Positions 26,458-35,880 of a DNA stretch of 64,000 nt are shown here, one piece after another; the first letter of the stretch is position 1; each line of letters starts with the position of its first letter. Both the position numbers and the translations under genes were made by a program. Source of the DNA: a virus. The stretch is from IMG/VR virus record IMGVR_UViG_3300009430_000001, positions 1 through 64,000 of that record. The stretch is one strand, 5' to 3'. Under the pieces are notes generated by a model. That model did not search any database. It was not told where the DNA came from and worked only from the letters and a program-made list of their open reading frames with translations.

Positions 26458-27159
26458 TCAGAAGGCCTCCTCGTCTGAGAGCGCGGTTTCGCTTTCGGGT
26501 GCATACGCGGAGCCGAGGGTCTTGCCTTTGACGGCGCCATTGCCGAGCAGGTCAAAGCCCTTGAGCTGGACGTGAACGCGAGATTCGTTGTTGTATTCGT
26601 AACTGGTGAGCACGCCAGCGCAAAGCAGGCGAGTGCCTTTCTTCTGCTGCAACAGCATCTGTGCGAGTGCATCAGGCCCTTCGCTCTTGGCGAATTCAGC
26701 GCAGACGTTGACCCAGGCGGTGGGGGAATCGCTGTCGCGGGGACCGCTGTGGTAGGGGATGGCGACGGACACTCGATCGCCGCGGGGGTTCATCTCGGGA
26801 TCCTTGTTCGTGTTCCCGGCCACGATCGCGGTGAGCTCGCTTTCCTCTTTGGCGACCGCGGTGTCGGCGCTGCCTGGAACCCGGAGCAGGGTGAAGTGGG
26901 CGCGGGGTTCGGCAAGGTTGCGGTTGGAGTCGTTGCCGGCCGGGCAGGTCTCGAGCAGGCCCTGGAAGAGGAGGAGCTGGCCGTCGTAGGCGGAGATGTC
27001 GGGGACGGGCGTGGCGCCGTTGGGAAGAAGCGTGAGGGGCTGGTGAAGGCGCTTGAAGGCCAGGCCGAAGGTGCCGTCTGCCAGGCGCTGAACGCGGCCG
27101 GTGCCGAAGACGAGGCGCATGGAGGTGGGGGTGTGTTGTGGGGCGTGCGGATCGTACAC
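26458..27159 (-). CDS. ssb: Single-stranded DNA-binding protein (OB fold)
   Basis: GN..KDPE, T.WVNV, KKG.R....G.L....Y......V......LLG; acidic tail DEEAF. Confidence 0.75.
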   Translation of the reverse strand: MYDPHAPQHTPTSMRLVFGTGRVQRLADGTFGLAFKRLHQPLTLLPNGATPVPDISAYDGQLLLFQGLLETCPAGNDSNRNLAEPRAHFTLLRVPGSADTAVAKEESELTAIVAGNTNKDPEMNPRGDRVSVAIPYHSGPRDSDSPTAWVNVCAEFAKSEGPDALAQMLLQQKKGTRLLCAGVLTSYEYNNESRVHVQLKGFDLLGNGAVKGKTLGSAYAPESETALSDEEAF

Positions 27160-27636
27160 CTGCGTGGTGGGGGGTGTCCAGCGGGGTGTACAGAGGTGGA
27201 ATTAGGCGGGGGCTGTCTGCACGCGCCGGTCAGCCAGCCGGTCGGCAGCCGGGCCTGCGGCCCTGCCGTCCGTCTGTCTGTCCGTCGCTTGGCGGGGGGT
27301 GTGGGGAAATCGGGAGGTGGCCGACCGATCGGCGAGTCTCACCGGGGCGGAAGGCGTCTGCTTGGACAGGTGCTCGGGCGGCGCTGGCCGATCCGGCGCA
27401 AGAGCCGCGGTGGTGACTGGGGTGGATCGGCCAACTGGGGTGCACGGGTGGGCGACCGATCGGTCGGCGGCGGAAGGTGTAGGCTGGACGATCTGAGAGA
27501 TGCCCTCGCTCCTTAAGGGAAGTAAAGGGGTAGGGAGTCTGTATCTATATCTATAAAGATTATACCAGAATAGCCCATAAAAAAGAGTCTCATTGTAGAG
27601 ACTCAGCAGGGATTGAACGGAGCCGGGGGGGGGTGG
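27160..27636. other. Candidate replication origin / long intergenic region
   Basis: About 470 bp without a credible ORF between ssb and primase-helicase; G-rich + strand with CGATCG repeats, then an AT pocket and the GAGTCTC-N6-GAGACTC dyad. Confidence 0.4.
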
Positions 27637-30063
27637 TCAGAAGTCGAACTCCTCCGTGGCCGGGCTCGCTTCGCCGAGGGTTGGGACGTAGGTGGCGGCT
27701 GAAGCGTTGCCTCTGCGCTCGATGCGACCGGCGCTGACCAGGGAGGCAAGTGTGGTTTTGATGGTTGTGTCGGATGCTTTCTGATCGCTTGATTCACGAA
27801 CGAGGCGAGTGAATGTGCCACGTTGAATGCCTGGGTAGTTGGCAAGCAGTGTTCGTGGTGAGACGTCTGGTGCTTTGGCGCGGTAGCCGTTCCAGTCTTC
27901 AATGAGCTTGCGAAAGAGGAAGTCACTCAGGGATTCCTGGGGCTCATCATCGGTGCCGGTGCTCTCGACGACGCGGACCTCTGGCTTGCTCATGAAGTCA
28001 AGCAACAGCTGTCGCGATTTACCTTGACCACGTAGCTTCCTGATTTCTGTTTTGATGAGTCGTTTGTCTTTGTCGTATTCAAGATGAATGAGAGCTGAGG
28101 TCTCTTCACCGATTCTGCTGATGCCTTGAGTTTTGCCATTGTCATGGGAATGGTGAATCCAGAGCAGCGCCGCGTTGTGTTTGTAGACGATGCGGTTGCA
28201 GCAGCGAAAGTATTGCAAGATGCGTTGGTCGCCGACTTTCACATCGTCAGGGCAGACGGCTTTCAAGGAGTCGATGACGACAATGGAATAAGGGCGGCCG
28301 TTGTCTCTGGCTTCCTTGAGCTTGCGATCAAGTTCGACAAGACCTCTGAGGCTTAGCTCGAATGGAGCAATGCCTTGCTCGAAGTCTTCAAACCACCAGT
28401 CAATTCGGTTGAGCAGTGGCTCGTTGCTCATGAGTGACAAACTTTCTAGCATGTTGCACGTGTTATCGTGACCGATGCTGAGCATGTCGGTCTGGATGAA
28501 CAGTGCCTGGGTCTTGTCCCAGTTGTCAGAGTTGCAGAATGTTCCTGAGTCGGCAAAGCTGTTGAGAGTTGGATCGCCAAGCGCGGCTCGCACGAGATGA
28601 ATGGCGAGCTGGGTCTTGCCGCAGCCGGGTTGGCCGTACAGGATGTGGTCGGTGCGTTGCAGCAACCAGTTGGGGACAAGGAAAGGAATGGAGCGGGCTC
28701 GATCGGAAGGTGTGATCTTGGTCAATTTGTATTGAATGTTGCGTTTGGGACGGATGCCCAGTTCGTAGGCCAGGCGCTCAAGCAGGGAGAGGTCTAGGCG
28801 TTCTGCGCTGCGGTTGTAAAGCTGGCTTTCGTAGAGGTGTTTGAGAATGTTGTCCTCAATGGTGCGGAAGTCTCTGTCATCGCACGGCAGCCATAGGCCC
28901 TCGGCCCAGAATTCTCGATATGCGCGCAAGCGAAAGAGTTGATCGAAGTGATCGGGTTCTTTGGTTTCTGGTTGTGCTTCGGATTCTTTTTCTTTGAGAG
29001 CGGTAGCTCTGTGTTTGGCAAGCGCTGCTTTGCTAATGGAGTCGGGGACGTTGCTGTTGTAGCTGCGAGTTTCTTCGAGCGCTGTTGAGTCCAGGGTCAT
29101 GGCCGACCCCAGCGTCTTGCCAACCGCGGTAAAGTCGTTCTTGTACGGACATTCTTCGCGCCATTCGGGGCAGATGTCATCAGCAATGACGAAAAGTGCA
29201 GGCAGCTCAACATCGCGTATGGCTTCGAAGCGCTTGAGTGTGACACGTTCTCCGGTGTGCTGACCCTGGTTGTGCCAGACCAGGAAGGCATCCTCGAGGT
29301 GGTGGATGTTTTTGGCGACGGCGCAGAAGACGGGAAACCAGTACTTTTCGTAGCCCAGGCGTCCAGCTCCATGCTGAGAGCCTGGCAACTTGCTGCGCAA
29401 CAACCAGTCCGCGCGAGAGATGTCGTTGTTGGTGAACTCCAGGTTCAGCGCTGCTGATCGCTGCCTTTCGTGGCGTTCAACCTCAGCGAGCGCGGCATCC
29501 TGGGCTGTCTCGATCCAATTCCATGGCAGTGGTTGTGCTTCAGGGTTCTGCTGGACTTCGCTCTGGTCATTGCCGTAGAACAAACGCTCTGGTGTCTGGC
29601 CGGCCCAGTCGCTGAGTGTGAACGGCAGTCGATCGGCGATCTGCGCAAAGATATGCTTGTAGTGGTTGCGATCGTCAATCGGCTTACCAATGTTGAAAAT
29701 GGCGCGGAAGCTGTCATCGCATGGCTTGCCTTCAGCCAGGCGCTTGCCTGTGCGGTGACTGACGCTGGTGTAAGTGGCCAGGCAATGTTGCTTGACGATT
29801 GGGTAGCACCAGAAGTCATCGATCGGTATGTCGCCGTCAATGTCCAGGCAGATCAGCTGGGCGCACTCGATGTCTGTTGCCTTGCGTCCACCGTTGGTTG
29901 TTACGCCACAGAGAAAAGCTTTGCCGCTGCTGACGTGGTGGAGCAGTTGCTCGATTGTGGCATCAACTGCACTCCACGGTTGGCGTTCCGCTTCCTTGAA
30001 GTCGGATGTCTTGTTATGATGCGCAGGATGTACACTGACGCGAAACGCCACATCTGGTGCCAT
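27637..30063 (-). CDS. Primase-helicase (AEP primase-polymerase plus AAA_25/RecA-like helicase)
   Basis: CLDID, YTS.SH, FRAIF, RLFYG primase motifs; Walker A GQPGCGKT; Walker B VVIDS; IHH. Confidence 0.85.
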   Translation of the reverse strand: MAPDVAFRVSVHPAHHNKTSDFKEAERQPWSAVDATIEQLLHHVSSGKAFLCGVTTNGGRKATDIECAQLICLDIDGDIPIDDFWCYPIVKQHCLATYTSVSHRTGKRLAEGKPCDDSFRAIFNIGKPIDDRNHYKHIFAQIADRLPFTLSDWAGQTPERLFYGNDQSEVQQNPEAQPLPWNWIETAQDAALAEVERHERQRSAALNLEFTNNDISRADWLLRSKLPGSQHGAGRLGYEKYWFPVFCAVAKNIHHLEDAFLVWHNQGQHTGERVTLKRFEAIRDVELPALFVIADDICPEWREECPYKNDFTAVGKTLGSAMTLDSTALEETRSYNSNVPDSISKAALAKHRATALKEKESEAQPETKEPDHFDQLFRLRAYREFWAEGLWLPCDDRDFRTIEDNILKHLYESQLYNRSAERLDLSLLERLAYELGIRPKRNIQYKLTKITPSDRARSIPFLVPNWLLQRTDHILYGQPGCGKTQLAIHLVRAALGDPTLNSFADSGTFCNSDNWDKTQALFIQTDMLSIGHDNTCNMLESLSLMSNEPLLNRIDWWFEDFEQGIAPFELSLRGLVELDRKLKEARDNGRPYSIVVIDSLKAVCPDDVKVGDQRILQYFRCCNRIVYKHNAALLWIHHSHDNGKTQGISRIGEETSALIHLEYDKDKRLIKTEIRKLRGQGKSRQLLLDFMSKPEVRVVESTGTDDEPQESLSDFLFRKLIEDWNGYRAKAPDVSPRTLLANYPGIQRGTFTRLVRESSDQKASDTTIKTTLASLVSAGRIERRGNASAATYVPTLGEASPATEEFDF

Positions 30064-30162
30064 GGAGCGGGAGAATCACCAGATACAGTGTACACTATGG
30101 CGACTACGCTTGATCGGGCATAGGGTGTTACGATTGCTGCAGTCACAGATGGCGGATAAACG

Positions 30163-30711
30163 ATGGCTCTTGAGCGCAATCGCAATTTTGGCGCTGTTGT
30201 CGCCTATGCGTTGGACGTCTTGTCTGGCAATGGCGTGGTGCGGGCGTCACAGCGTGAGCTTTCGCGCTCCATTGATATTAGTCCAACAATGTGCGGACGA
30301 TACCTGAAAGGTCTTGTTGATCCGTGGACCGTGGGCGCTGGCACCATGCTGGCCCTGGCCAAGGTCGCACGGCTGGAGCCCAGCTCGCTGTTCGCCTGGA
30401 TCGAGCGCGGCCGGGATGCGGCGATGGAGATCGAAGCCCGGCTCCGATCTTGCTCTGCCTACGCGACCAGCCTCGAGCTGGCCGAAAAGCTCGTTCGCCG
30501 GTTGAAAGAGGAGTCTCACGAGTCCAAGGCGGAACCTGACTTGGAGTCGTTGCGCCAGCGCCTGGCTGCAGAGCGTGAGCTTCTGGGTCCGCGGTTTGAT
30601 TTACTGCTTGCTGGAGTGGACGGCGCAGCAGCTGCAGTGGAAGCACTCGAAAGTGGAACGTTTCTCGAGGAAGCGGATCTCGTTGCGCTGGAGCGTGTTC
30701 TTGGTAGCTAG
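30163..30711 (+). CDS. XRE-like HTH transcriptional regulator
   Basis: SQRELSRSIDISPTMCGRYLKG..DP....TM.ALAK; divergent from primase-helicase. Confidence 0.7.
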   Translation: MALERNRNFGAVVAYALDVLSGNGVVRASQRELSRSIDISPTMCGRYLKGLVDPWTVGAGTMLALAKVARLEPSSLFAWIERGRDAAMEIEARLRSCSAYATSLELAEKLVRRLKEESHESKAEPDLESLRQRLAAERELLGPRFDLLLAGVDGAAAAVEALESGTFLEEADLVALERVLGS

Positions 30712-30753
30712 AGTGGTCGTGTAGTAAAGTGATTCGCGACACGCGGCCTAGGA

Positions 30754-31077
30754 GTGAATCTGAATCTTAAGCGCACAGAAGCGTCGGATGCGCTGCAGCT
30801 AATTCTAACACTGACTCCGCGGTCAGGGATTGATTGTGTCTTTTGTCGCGTGCTAAAGGAGCGACCTGGGCGCCTGGTCGAGTGGCATGGGTCCGAGGAT
30901 GGCACCAGCTTCTGGGCTGAGTTTGTTTTGCCGGACAATGCAGTATGTGAATTCTTAGTGGAACAGCTGGAGGCGGAATCGGTGATCGAGGATCGAGCGC
31001 GACTGCACCGTCTGGTGGAACACCTGGAAATTGAACTGGACAGCGCGATCGGCGACGGTGATCGCGTGGTCGGTTAA
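30754..31077 (+). CDS. Hypothetical acidic protein
   Basis: AGGA SD before GTG. Confidence 0.55.
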   Translation: MNLNLKRTEASDALQLILTLTPRSGIDCVFCRVLKERPGRLVEWHGSEDGTSFWAEFVLPDNAVCEFLVEQLEAESVIEDRARLHRLVEHLEIELDSAIGDGDRVVG

Positions 31078-31090
31078 AAAAAACAACGAA

Positions 31091-31127
31091 AGATCCCCCG
31101 TATTACGAAGTGTAACGTGGGGGATCT
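31091..31127. terminator. Hairpin between convergent genes
   Basis: AGATCCCCC-N19-GGGGGATCT preceded by an A tract. Confidence 0.55.
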
Positions 31128-31141
31128 GTGTTGGTGGATTG

Positions 31142-32044
31142 TCAGGCAGCAGCCAACACAAGCTCGGGCGTGGGTTCAGGTTGGCGTAGTTCATGCACGC
31201 TGTTCCAGAATTGCTGGCACAGACGCAATGCATTGGCGCGCTCTTGCTCGCGCTCCCAGGGATCAACCCAATACTCACGAGCACCGGTCGGAGTGCCGAC
31301 GATGATGTGCAGCTTGGCGATCTCGATGTTGAGCGTCTCCTTGATCGCTTCAGCATAAAGGCACAGCTGGCGCACGGTCTTCTTGTACTTCTTGAAGTTG
31401 GTACCTTGGCCGGATGGCACGGGGATACTGCGTTGCGCTTGGAAATATGGTGCTTTGGCGGTCTTGAAATCGCTCAGCACGTAGCCACCGTGTTCATCGC
31501 TGTGCGAGATCAGGTCGGGCGTACCGCTGTAGCCCCAGGTTGAAGACCACACGCGAGCCAATCGCCGTGGATCAGACTCATCGGTCGTGCTCCATGTGTG
31601 TTCCCAGCCCAGGCGCAGCGGCTGCTCTGACCAGACGTGATAGTCGAATGGCTTGATGAATTCGTACATGCCGTTATAGAACGCCATCACTTCATCGGTG
31701 ATGCGATACGGCTTGCCATCGACCTGCACCACATCAGGCAGTGAGAGTCCACGGATGCGAGCTTCGAGTAATGCATGCACAGCACTGCCGCGATAAGCAG
31801 CCGCCAGTGGGTCACGGCCAGCTGCGATCTCACGCAGTCGCCAGCGTTCCAGGAACTCACGATCTGCAGGCGGTGCTGTGGCGCTTAGGATCGAGGTGCA
31901 TCCCGGGAGCAGCACCAGGCCACGACCATCCGGCGACGGACAGGGATAGACGCGCAGTTCCTGGCCGTAGTCGTTAATGAGTCTGCGCTCGATGTCAGTC
32001 TCGGAGACGCGGCGTACCGCTTGCGTCCAATTCATGGCGATCAC
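31142..32044 (-). CDS. PD-(D/E)xK exonuclease (lambda-exo/Cas4-like)
   Basis: P..TSIL, RGSAVH..LE, YSGTPDL, DFKT, QL..YA. Confidence 0.85.
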   Translation of the reverse strand: MIAMNWTQAVRRVSETDIERRLINDYGQELRVYPCPSPDGRGLVLLPGCTSILSATAPPADREFLERWRLREIAAGRDPLAAAYRGSAVHALLEARIRGLSLPDVVQVDGKPYRITDEVMAFYNGMYEFIKPFDYHVWSEQPLRLGWEHTWSTTDESDPRRLARVWSSTWGYSGTPDLISHSDEHGGYVLSDFKTAKAPYFQAQRSIPVPSGQGTNFKKYKKTVRQLCLYAEAIKETLNIEIAKLHIIVGTPTGAREYWVDPWEREQERANALRLCQQFWNSVHELRQPEPTPELVLAAA

Positions 32045-32352
32045 CTCTGCAGTGTGTTTTCCAGTTGTGCTGCAGCCGTCTGGCGATGGAAGGCGTCAAA
32101 CGTTTCGACAGCGCGATAGGCCAACACGACAGCAGACTGGACTCGCTGCTCGATGTCTTGTGGGTGGAGGTGCGGTGTCTCGCGGGCCAGCATTGCAGCA
32201 GTGACGGCTGCTGTCATCACCATTTCGCTGGTGGGCGTCGACTGCTTGAGAGGAAAACCTTCAGACGAGAAGGAGTCAAAGGCCTCGCGAAGCAGTCGGA
32301 CCTCTTCAATCAGTTCCTTCAGTAGTGCTACCGTCGGCGGCTCGGCTGTCAT
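32041..32352 (-). CDS. Hypothetical protein
   Basis: TACCCTGA box 26 nt upstream of the ATG at 32352. Confidence 0.6.
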   Translation of the reverse strand: MTAEPPTVALLKELIEEVRLLREAFDSFSSEGFPLKQSTPTSEMVMTAAVTAAMLARETPHLHPQDIEQRVQSAVVLAYRAVETFDAFHRQTAAAQLENTLQR

Positions 32353-32584
32353 CGGGATCTCCAATTCCATTCAGGGTATTCGCCTCGAAGATCTGTGAAT
32401 CGGTGCTCGAATGCACAGGCTTCCAGCTGTCGTTCCTGAAAGCCCGGGCCAGCTTGGCGGCCGCCAGCTCGAGTGGGCTCAGGCCCCGGGCTGCGGCGCG
32501 CACCTGCTCGATCGACCACTCGTTCCGCAGGGCCTGGAGCTCCCGGCCGGTCCGGGCGTCGCGGAGATCGTCGCTCAGGCTCAT
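32306..32584 (-). CDS. Hypothetical protein
   Basis: ATGA coupling with 32581. Confidence 0.55.
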   Translation of the reverse strand: MSLSDDLRDARTGRELQALRNEWSIEQVRAAARGLSPLELAAAKLARAFRNDSWKPVHSSTDSQIFEANTLNGIGDPDDSRAADGSTTEGTD

Positions 32585-33156
32585 GCCGGCAGGCCGATTG
32601 AGATCCGGGATGGCACCTCGACTCCAAGCAGCCCGCGGTCCGTCAGCTCGCTGCGGATCTCACGGCTGAAGTCCTCGAGTCGGCGTGGATTCAGCCTGAT
32701 GCGTGGGTCGCATAGTAGCACACTCCTGATATATTCGCCGTTTTCGTGGTTGTAGTAGTGGAAGATCGCGCAGGTTTTCTCGATCGAGAACCAACCCCAG
32801 CCGAATTGGCAGGCGTGCAGAGGTGAGATTAAAAAGAATGGGATCGCGCGCGTGACGCTGAGTTCTTCAGTGGGTGGCGTGTTCCAGGGATTGGCTTTGC
32901 TATTGGCGATGAACGGTGGCGGGCGCCAGCCTGGGTCGCTGGGGGCGAGGAAGTTGATGCCGCCATCGCCGCGATATGGGGCGTAAGACTCGAAATCGCC
33001 GAGCTCGCCGCACCAATGGACTTCAGCGATCGTGCGCGGAACCTCGATCAGGTGATGGAGGTGCTCGCCAGGCAGCGTGAGCTTGGCGGTGGCCTGGTTG
33101 ATCGTTTCGATGAAACCGCCGGGCAATGGCCGTGCTGCGGTGGTCGGCGACGTCAT
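32581..33156 (-). CDS. Hypothetical protein
   Basis: Aromatic-rich protein-like ORF; TACACT 30 nt upstream of the ATG at 33156. Confidence 0.6.
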   Translation of the reverse strand: MTSPTTAARPLPGGFIETINQATAKLTLPGEHLHHLIEVPRTIAEVHWCGELGDFESYAPYRGDGGINFLAPSDPGWRPPPFIANSKANPWNTPPTEELSVTRAIPFFLISPLHACQFGWGWFSIEKTCAIFHYYNHENGEYIRSVLLCDPRIRLNPRRLEDFSREIRSELTDRGLLGVEVPSRISIGLPA

Positions 33157-33206
33157 GGCTTGATCGCGTTGACGTTGCAGAGTGTACGCCATGGCGAGCA
33201 GGCTGA

Positions 33207-33647
33207 TCAAGAGCCGGAGGATGAACAAGGTTCGATCGTGATCGGTTGAAACGAAGTGACTGGTCCTTTGTAACCAGGGAGCTGCTCGGCGAGCGAGAAC
33301 ACCAGCATGTCAATCAAGTGCTTTGCTGGAGACCGTGGCCAGTCGATTTCATTGGCGCAAAGCGCGTCGTAAGCTTCGACGGCGCCGATGAGGCGGCCGG
33401 GCGCAACCTTGCGAAGTGTTTCAATCTGCAGTCGTGGAAGCAACACGAACTGCTCCAGACGCAGCGGCTCGAGCGATCGATGGCCGGAGATGAGTGCATC
33501 GTAAATGCGGAGAAACACAGGCGAGTCGCTGACGCGGATCAGATCGTCGAGGTATTTGGGGGTGATTTCTGGCGTGAAAGCAAGGGCTGATGTCAGTACC
33601 TGAAGAACCGTTCGATCGATTGTCATCACGAAAAAGCCCAGCTTCAA
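33207..33647 (-). CDS. Hypothetical protein
   Basis: Chain position; start uncertain. Confidence 0.55.
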   Translation of the reverse strand: MKLGFFVMTIDRTVLQVLTSALAFTPEITPKYLDDLIRVSDSPVFLRIYDALISGHRSLEPLRLEQFVLLPRLQIETLRKVAPGRLIGAVEAYDALCANEIDWPRSPAKHLIDMLVFSLAEQLPGYKGPVTSFQPITIEPCSSSGS

Positions 33648-33680
33648 AGCTGGGCATGAAGGTTGAAGAATGAATGAAGC

Positions 33681-34349
33681 TCACCAATCGTCGTCGCCGC
33701 CAGCAGCAGGAGCAGCGGCTGTTGGCGGTGCGGCGCCGTTGGTACTCATCGGCACGCCGGCTTGAGCCGGTGGAGTGACCGGAGCAGTGAATGGGTCGTT
33801 GCCGCCATTGCTGTACTGGTCCGGAAACCAGGACTCTTGCGCACTGGCGATGACTTTCGGGCTATCCGCGGGCTTGATGTGAAATCGCACCGAATACATG
33901 ATTTGCGGAGGAGCGTCTTTGTCATAAGTCACCTCGGCAATCGCATTCAGAACATTGTCGTCAGTGAGGAAGATGTTTGGATTACTGGTGAAGGTCTTGG
34001 CGATTGCCTTCTGAACCGAGGATTTGTCGATGATCCAGGCGACAGGGCGCTTCAGTTCACGACAATATGCGCGAACGAACCATACGCATTGCGGCTTATC
34101 TTTCTCGGTACTCTGGTACGCGTTGCCGATCTCGTTGATGTACTGCTCGAGCGGGGGTTCCGTTGGCGTGATCACGCAGCTCTTGTCTTTTCGGTAATAC
34201 CGATAGCACTTGCTGATCTGCGATGTGATGTACAGATTGTAACTCTGCCCGGGAGGGATCGTGGACATAATGAACATCCACGGGGGAATTCCCGAAAGAT
34301 CGTGCGTGAATTCAGCGGGGAGCAAATCGATCGCCGGGATCGGAGCCAT
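33681..34349 (-). CDS. Probable ssDNA-binding/annealing protein
   Basis: W....Y.......W.I.K.SVQK.I pattern; Pro/Ala linker and acidic-aromatic tail GGDDDW; near the exonuclease. Confidence 0.5.
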   Translation of the reverse strand: MAPIPAIDLLPAEFTHDLSGIPPWMFIMSTIPPGQSYNLYITSQISKCYRYYRKDKSCVITPTEPPLEQYINEIGNAYQSTEKDKPQCVWFVRAYCRELKRPVAWIIDKSSVQKAIAKTFTSNPNIFLTDDNVLNAIAEVTYDKDAPPQIMYSVRFHIKPADSPKVIASAQESWFPDQYSNGGNDPFTAPVTPPAQAGVPMSTNGAAPPTAAAPAAGGDDDW

Positions 34350-34387
34350 AGGTTGTGGGGAGCGATTGGCGGGCCCAGGTCCGAGGC

Positions 34388-34597
34388 TCAACTCCGGGCG
34401 TCGTCTCCGGCCGGAACCAAGCTGCTCGAGGACCGAGCCGGCTCCAGTATAGCATCAACTGGAGTATATCGAAACCCCGAGCCGCTCGAGGCGAGGCGGG
34501 CATTTGCTGCAGCGATCTCTTCCTCGGTTGCGCTCTTCACGATATAGCCGGCGAGCGTTACTCCGCTGGGGATGCATGTCATCTGCCAACTGGCCAT
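34388..34597 (-). CDS. Hypothetical protein
   Basis: ATEEEIAAANARL...RY.P motif; TACCCTGG 31 nt upstream. Confidence 0.6.
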   Translation of the reverse strand: MASWQMTCIPSGVTLAGYIVKSATEEEIAAANARLASSGSGFRYTPVDAILEPARSSSSLVPAGDDARS

Positions 34598-34733
34598 GGG
34601 GTCTGAGGGTCGTGCGTTTTCCAGGGTAGAAGCGCTGGCCTGGACTGGACCTTAGGAGACACAGCCTGTAAAATGGGGAGGACCCGCGGCGCGTCAACGC
34701 TCGGGTCCCTGATCAACCTGGGGAAACAGGCCG

Positions 34734-35414
34734 ATGAGTCGAGAGTATCACATCCGCGGCGGCGTGAAGGTGCTGAAGCTGCCGCCGCTGGAGCGCGTGC
34801 AGGAGCTGCTCTACGAGGACCCGGAGCAGCCTGGGGTGCTGCGGTGGCGGGTGAGCAGAGGCTGCCAGCCCGCCGGCTCCGTGGCGGGCGGCCTTAATGG
34901 TGGTGGCCGTCGGCGGATCATGATTGATGGCGTTCTTTGTTACGCCTCGCGGTTGTTGTGGCTATTGCGCACGGGCGAGGATCCAGGGGCTGGGGTCATT
35001 GATCATGAGGATCGTGCGAGAGATAATGATCGCTTTGAAAATCTGAGGCTTGCGCCGAATGGCCAGAGCTCTAATACCGCGCACAGTGGCAGGCAGAGCA
35101 ATAATACAAGTGGCTATACGGGTGTGAGCTGGGACGATCGTTGTGGCAAGTGGCGCGTGAAACTTCAATACGAAAACAGGCGCATTCACTTGGGCTTTTT
35201 TCGCAACGTCAAAGATGCTTACGCTGTTTATCTTTGCGCAAAGTCAAAGTTTCACGGTGAAGAGTGGCTCGGCGAGCTTGCGCCTGGCTGGACACTCGAG
35301 CAAGCAAAGCAGCGCGTTATTGAAATGAAAAATGCTCGGTCCTGGGAGCTCCGGGATGAGATCTACAAGGCCGAGCGGCAGTTTGTCAAATGGTATAACC
35401 GGCTAAAACTCTAG
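34734..35414 (+). CDS. HNH homing endonuclease with AP2 domain
   Basis: IDHEDR.RDNDRFENLR HNH; NTSGYTGVSW....KW......I.LG.F AP2; opposite strand to neighbours. Confidence 0.88.
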   Translation: MSREYHIRGGVKVLKLPPLERVQELLYEDPEQPGVLRWRVSRGCQPAGSVAGGLNGGGRRRIMIDGVLCYASRLLWLLRTGEDPGAGVIDHEDRARDNDRFENLRLAPNGQSSNTAHSGRQSNNTSGYTGVSWDDRCGKWRVKLQYENRRIHLGFFRNVKDAYAVYLCAKSKFHGEEWLGELAPGWTLEQAKQRVIEMKNARSWELRDEIYKAERQFVKWYNRLKL

Positions 35415-35431
35415 ACTTAGACACAATGCGG
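35415..35431 (+). repeat. 17-bp motif ACTTAGACACAATGCGG, copy 1
   Basis: Exact match; intergenic between convergent genes. Confidence 0.85.
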
Positions 35432-35435
35432 GGCT

Positions 35436-35810
35436 CTACTTCCCTCTTTCCATTCTGTCCAGCAGTCCTTTGATTCCCGCTTGGTGTTCCCGAAAACCTT
35501 CAGCTGCATTGTCATCTGCGAGTTCAGTCGTGAAGTCTGCAATCGCTGCCAACATGCAATGCATGCATGCGCATGTCAGGCGCGAAGCTCTGGCGATTTC
35601 GTCATTGAACACCGGGCCGTCGAGGTATGCAGCAATGTTGGCAAACAGATTGCGCGCAGCTGGTGTGGTGAACGGCGGCATCTTGTCGTCACAATCTTGC
35701 TGGGTTGCAATTTGTGTGCCAAGAAGTATAAGGAAAGACCGCACGAAGTCCATATCATGCGCCAGGCTTGAGTGCCGCAGGTGCTCAGCAATCTGCTTTT
35801 GGTATGTCAT
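35436..35810 (-). CDS. Hypothetical protein
   Basis: MTYQKQ.. 27 nt downstream of the UUCG hairpin. Confidence 0.6.
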   Translation of the reverse strand: MTYQKQIAEHLRHSSLAHDMDFVRSFLILLGTQIATQQDCDDKMPPFTTPAARNLFANIAAYLDGPVFNDEIARASRLTCACMHCMLAAIADFTTELADDNAAEGFREHQAGIKGLLDRMERGK

Positions 35811-35828
35811 GGGGGTGAGTTGGGTGAA

Positions 35829-35854
35829 GAAAGAAAAGCGCCCCGAAGGGCGCT
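35829..35854 (-). terminator. Intrinsic terminator with C(UUCG)G loop
   Basis: AGCGCCC-TTCG-GGGCGCT-TTTCTTT. Confidence 0.75.
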
Positions 35855-35880
35855 GGTATTGGGGAGCTTCTATTATCGCG

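Noticed and set aside
31142-32044. Cas4 as part of a CRISPR system
   Set aside because: No Fe-S Cys cluster or cas neighbours; fits a stand-alone phage exonuclease
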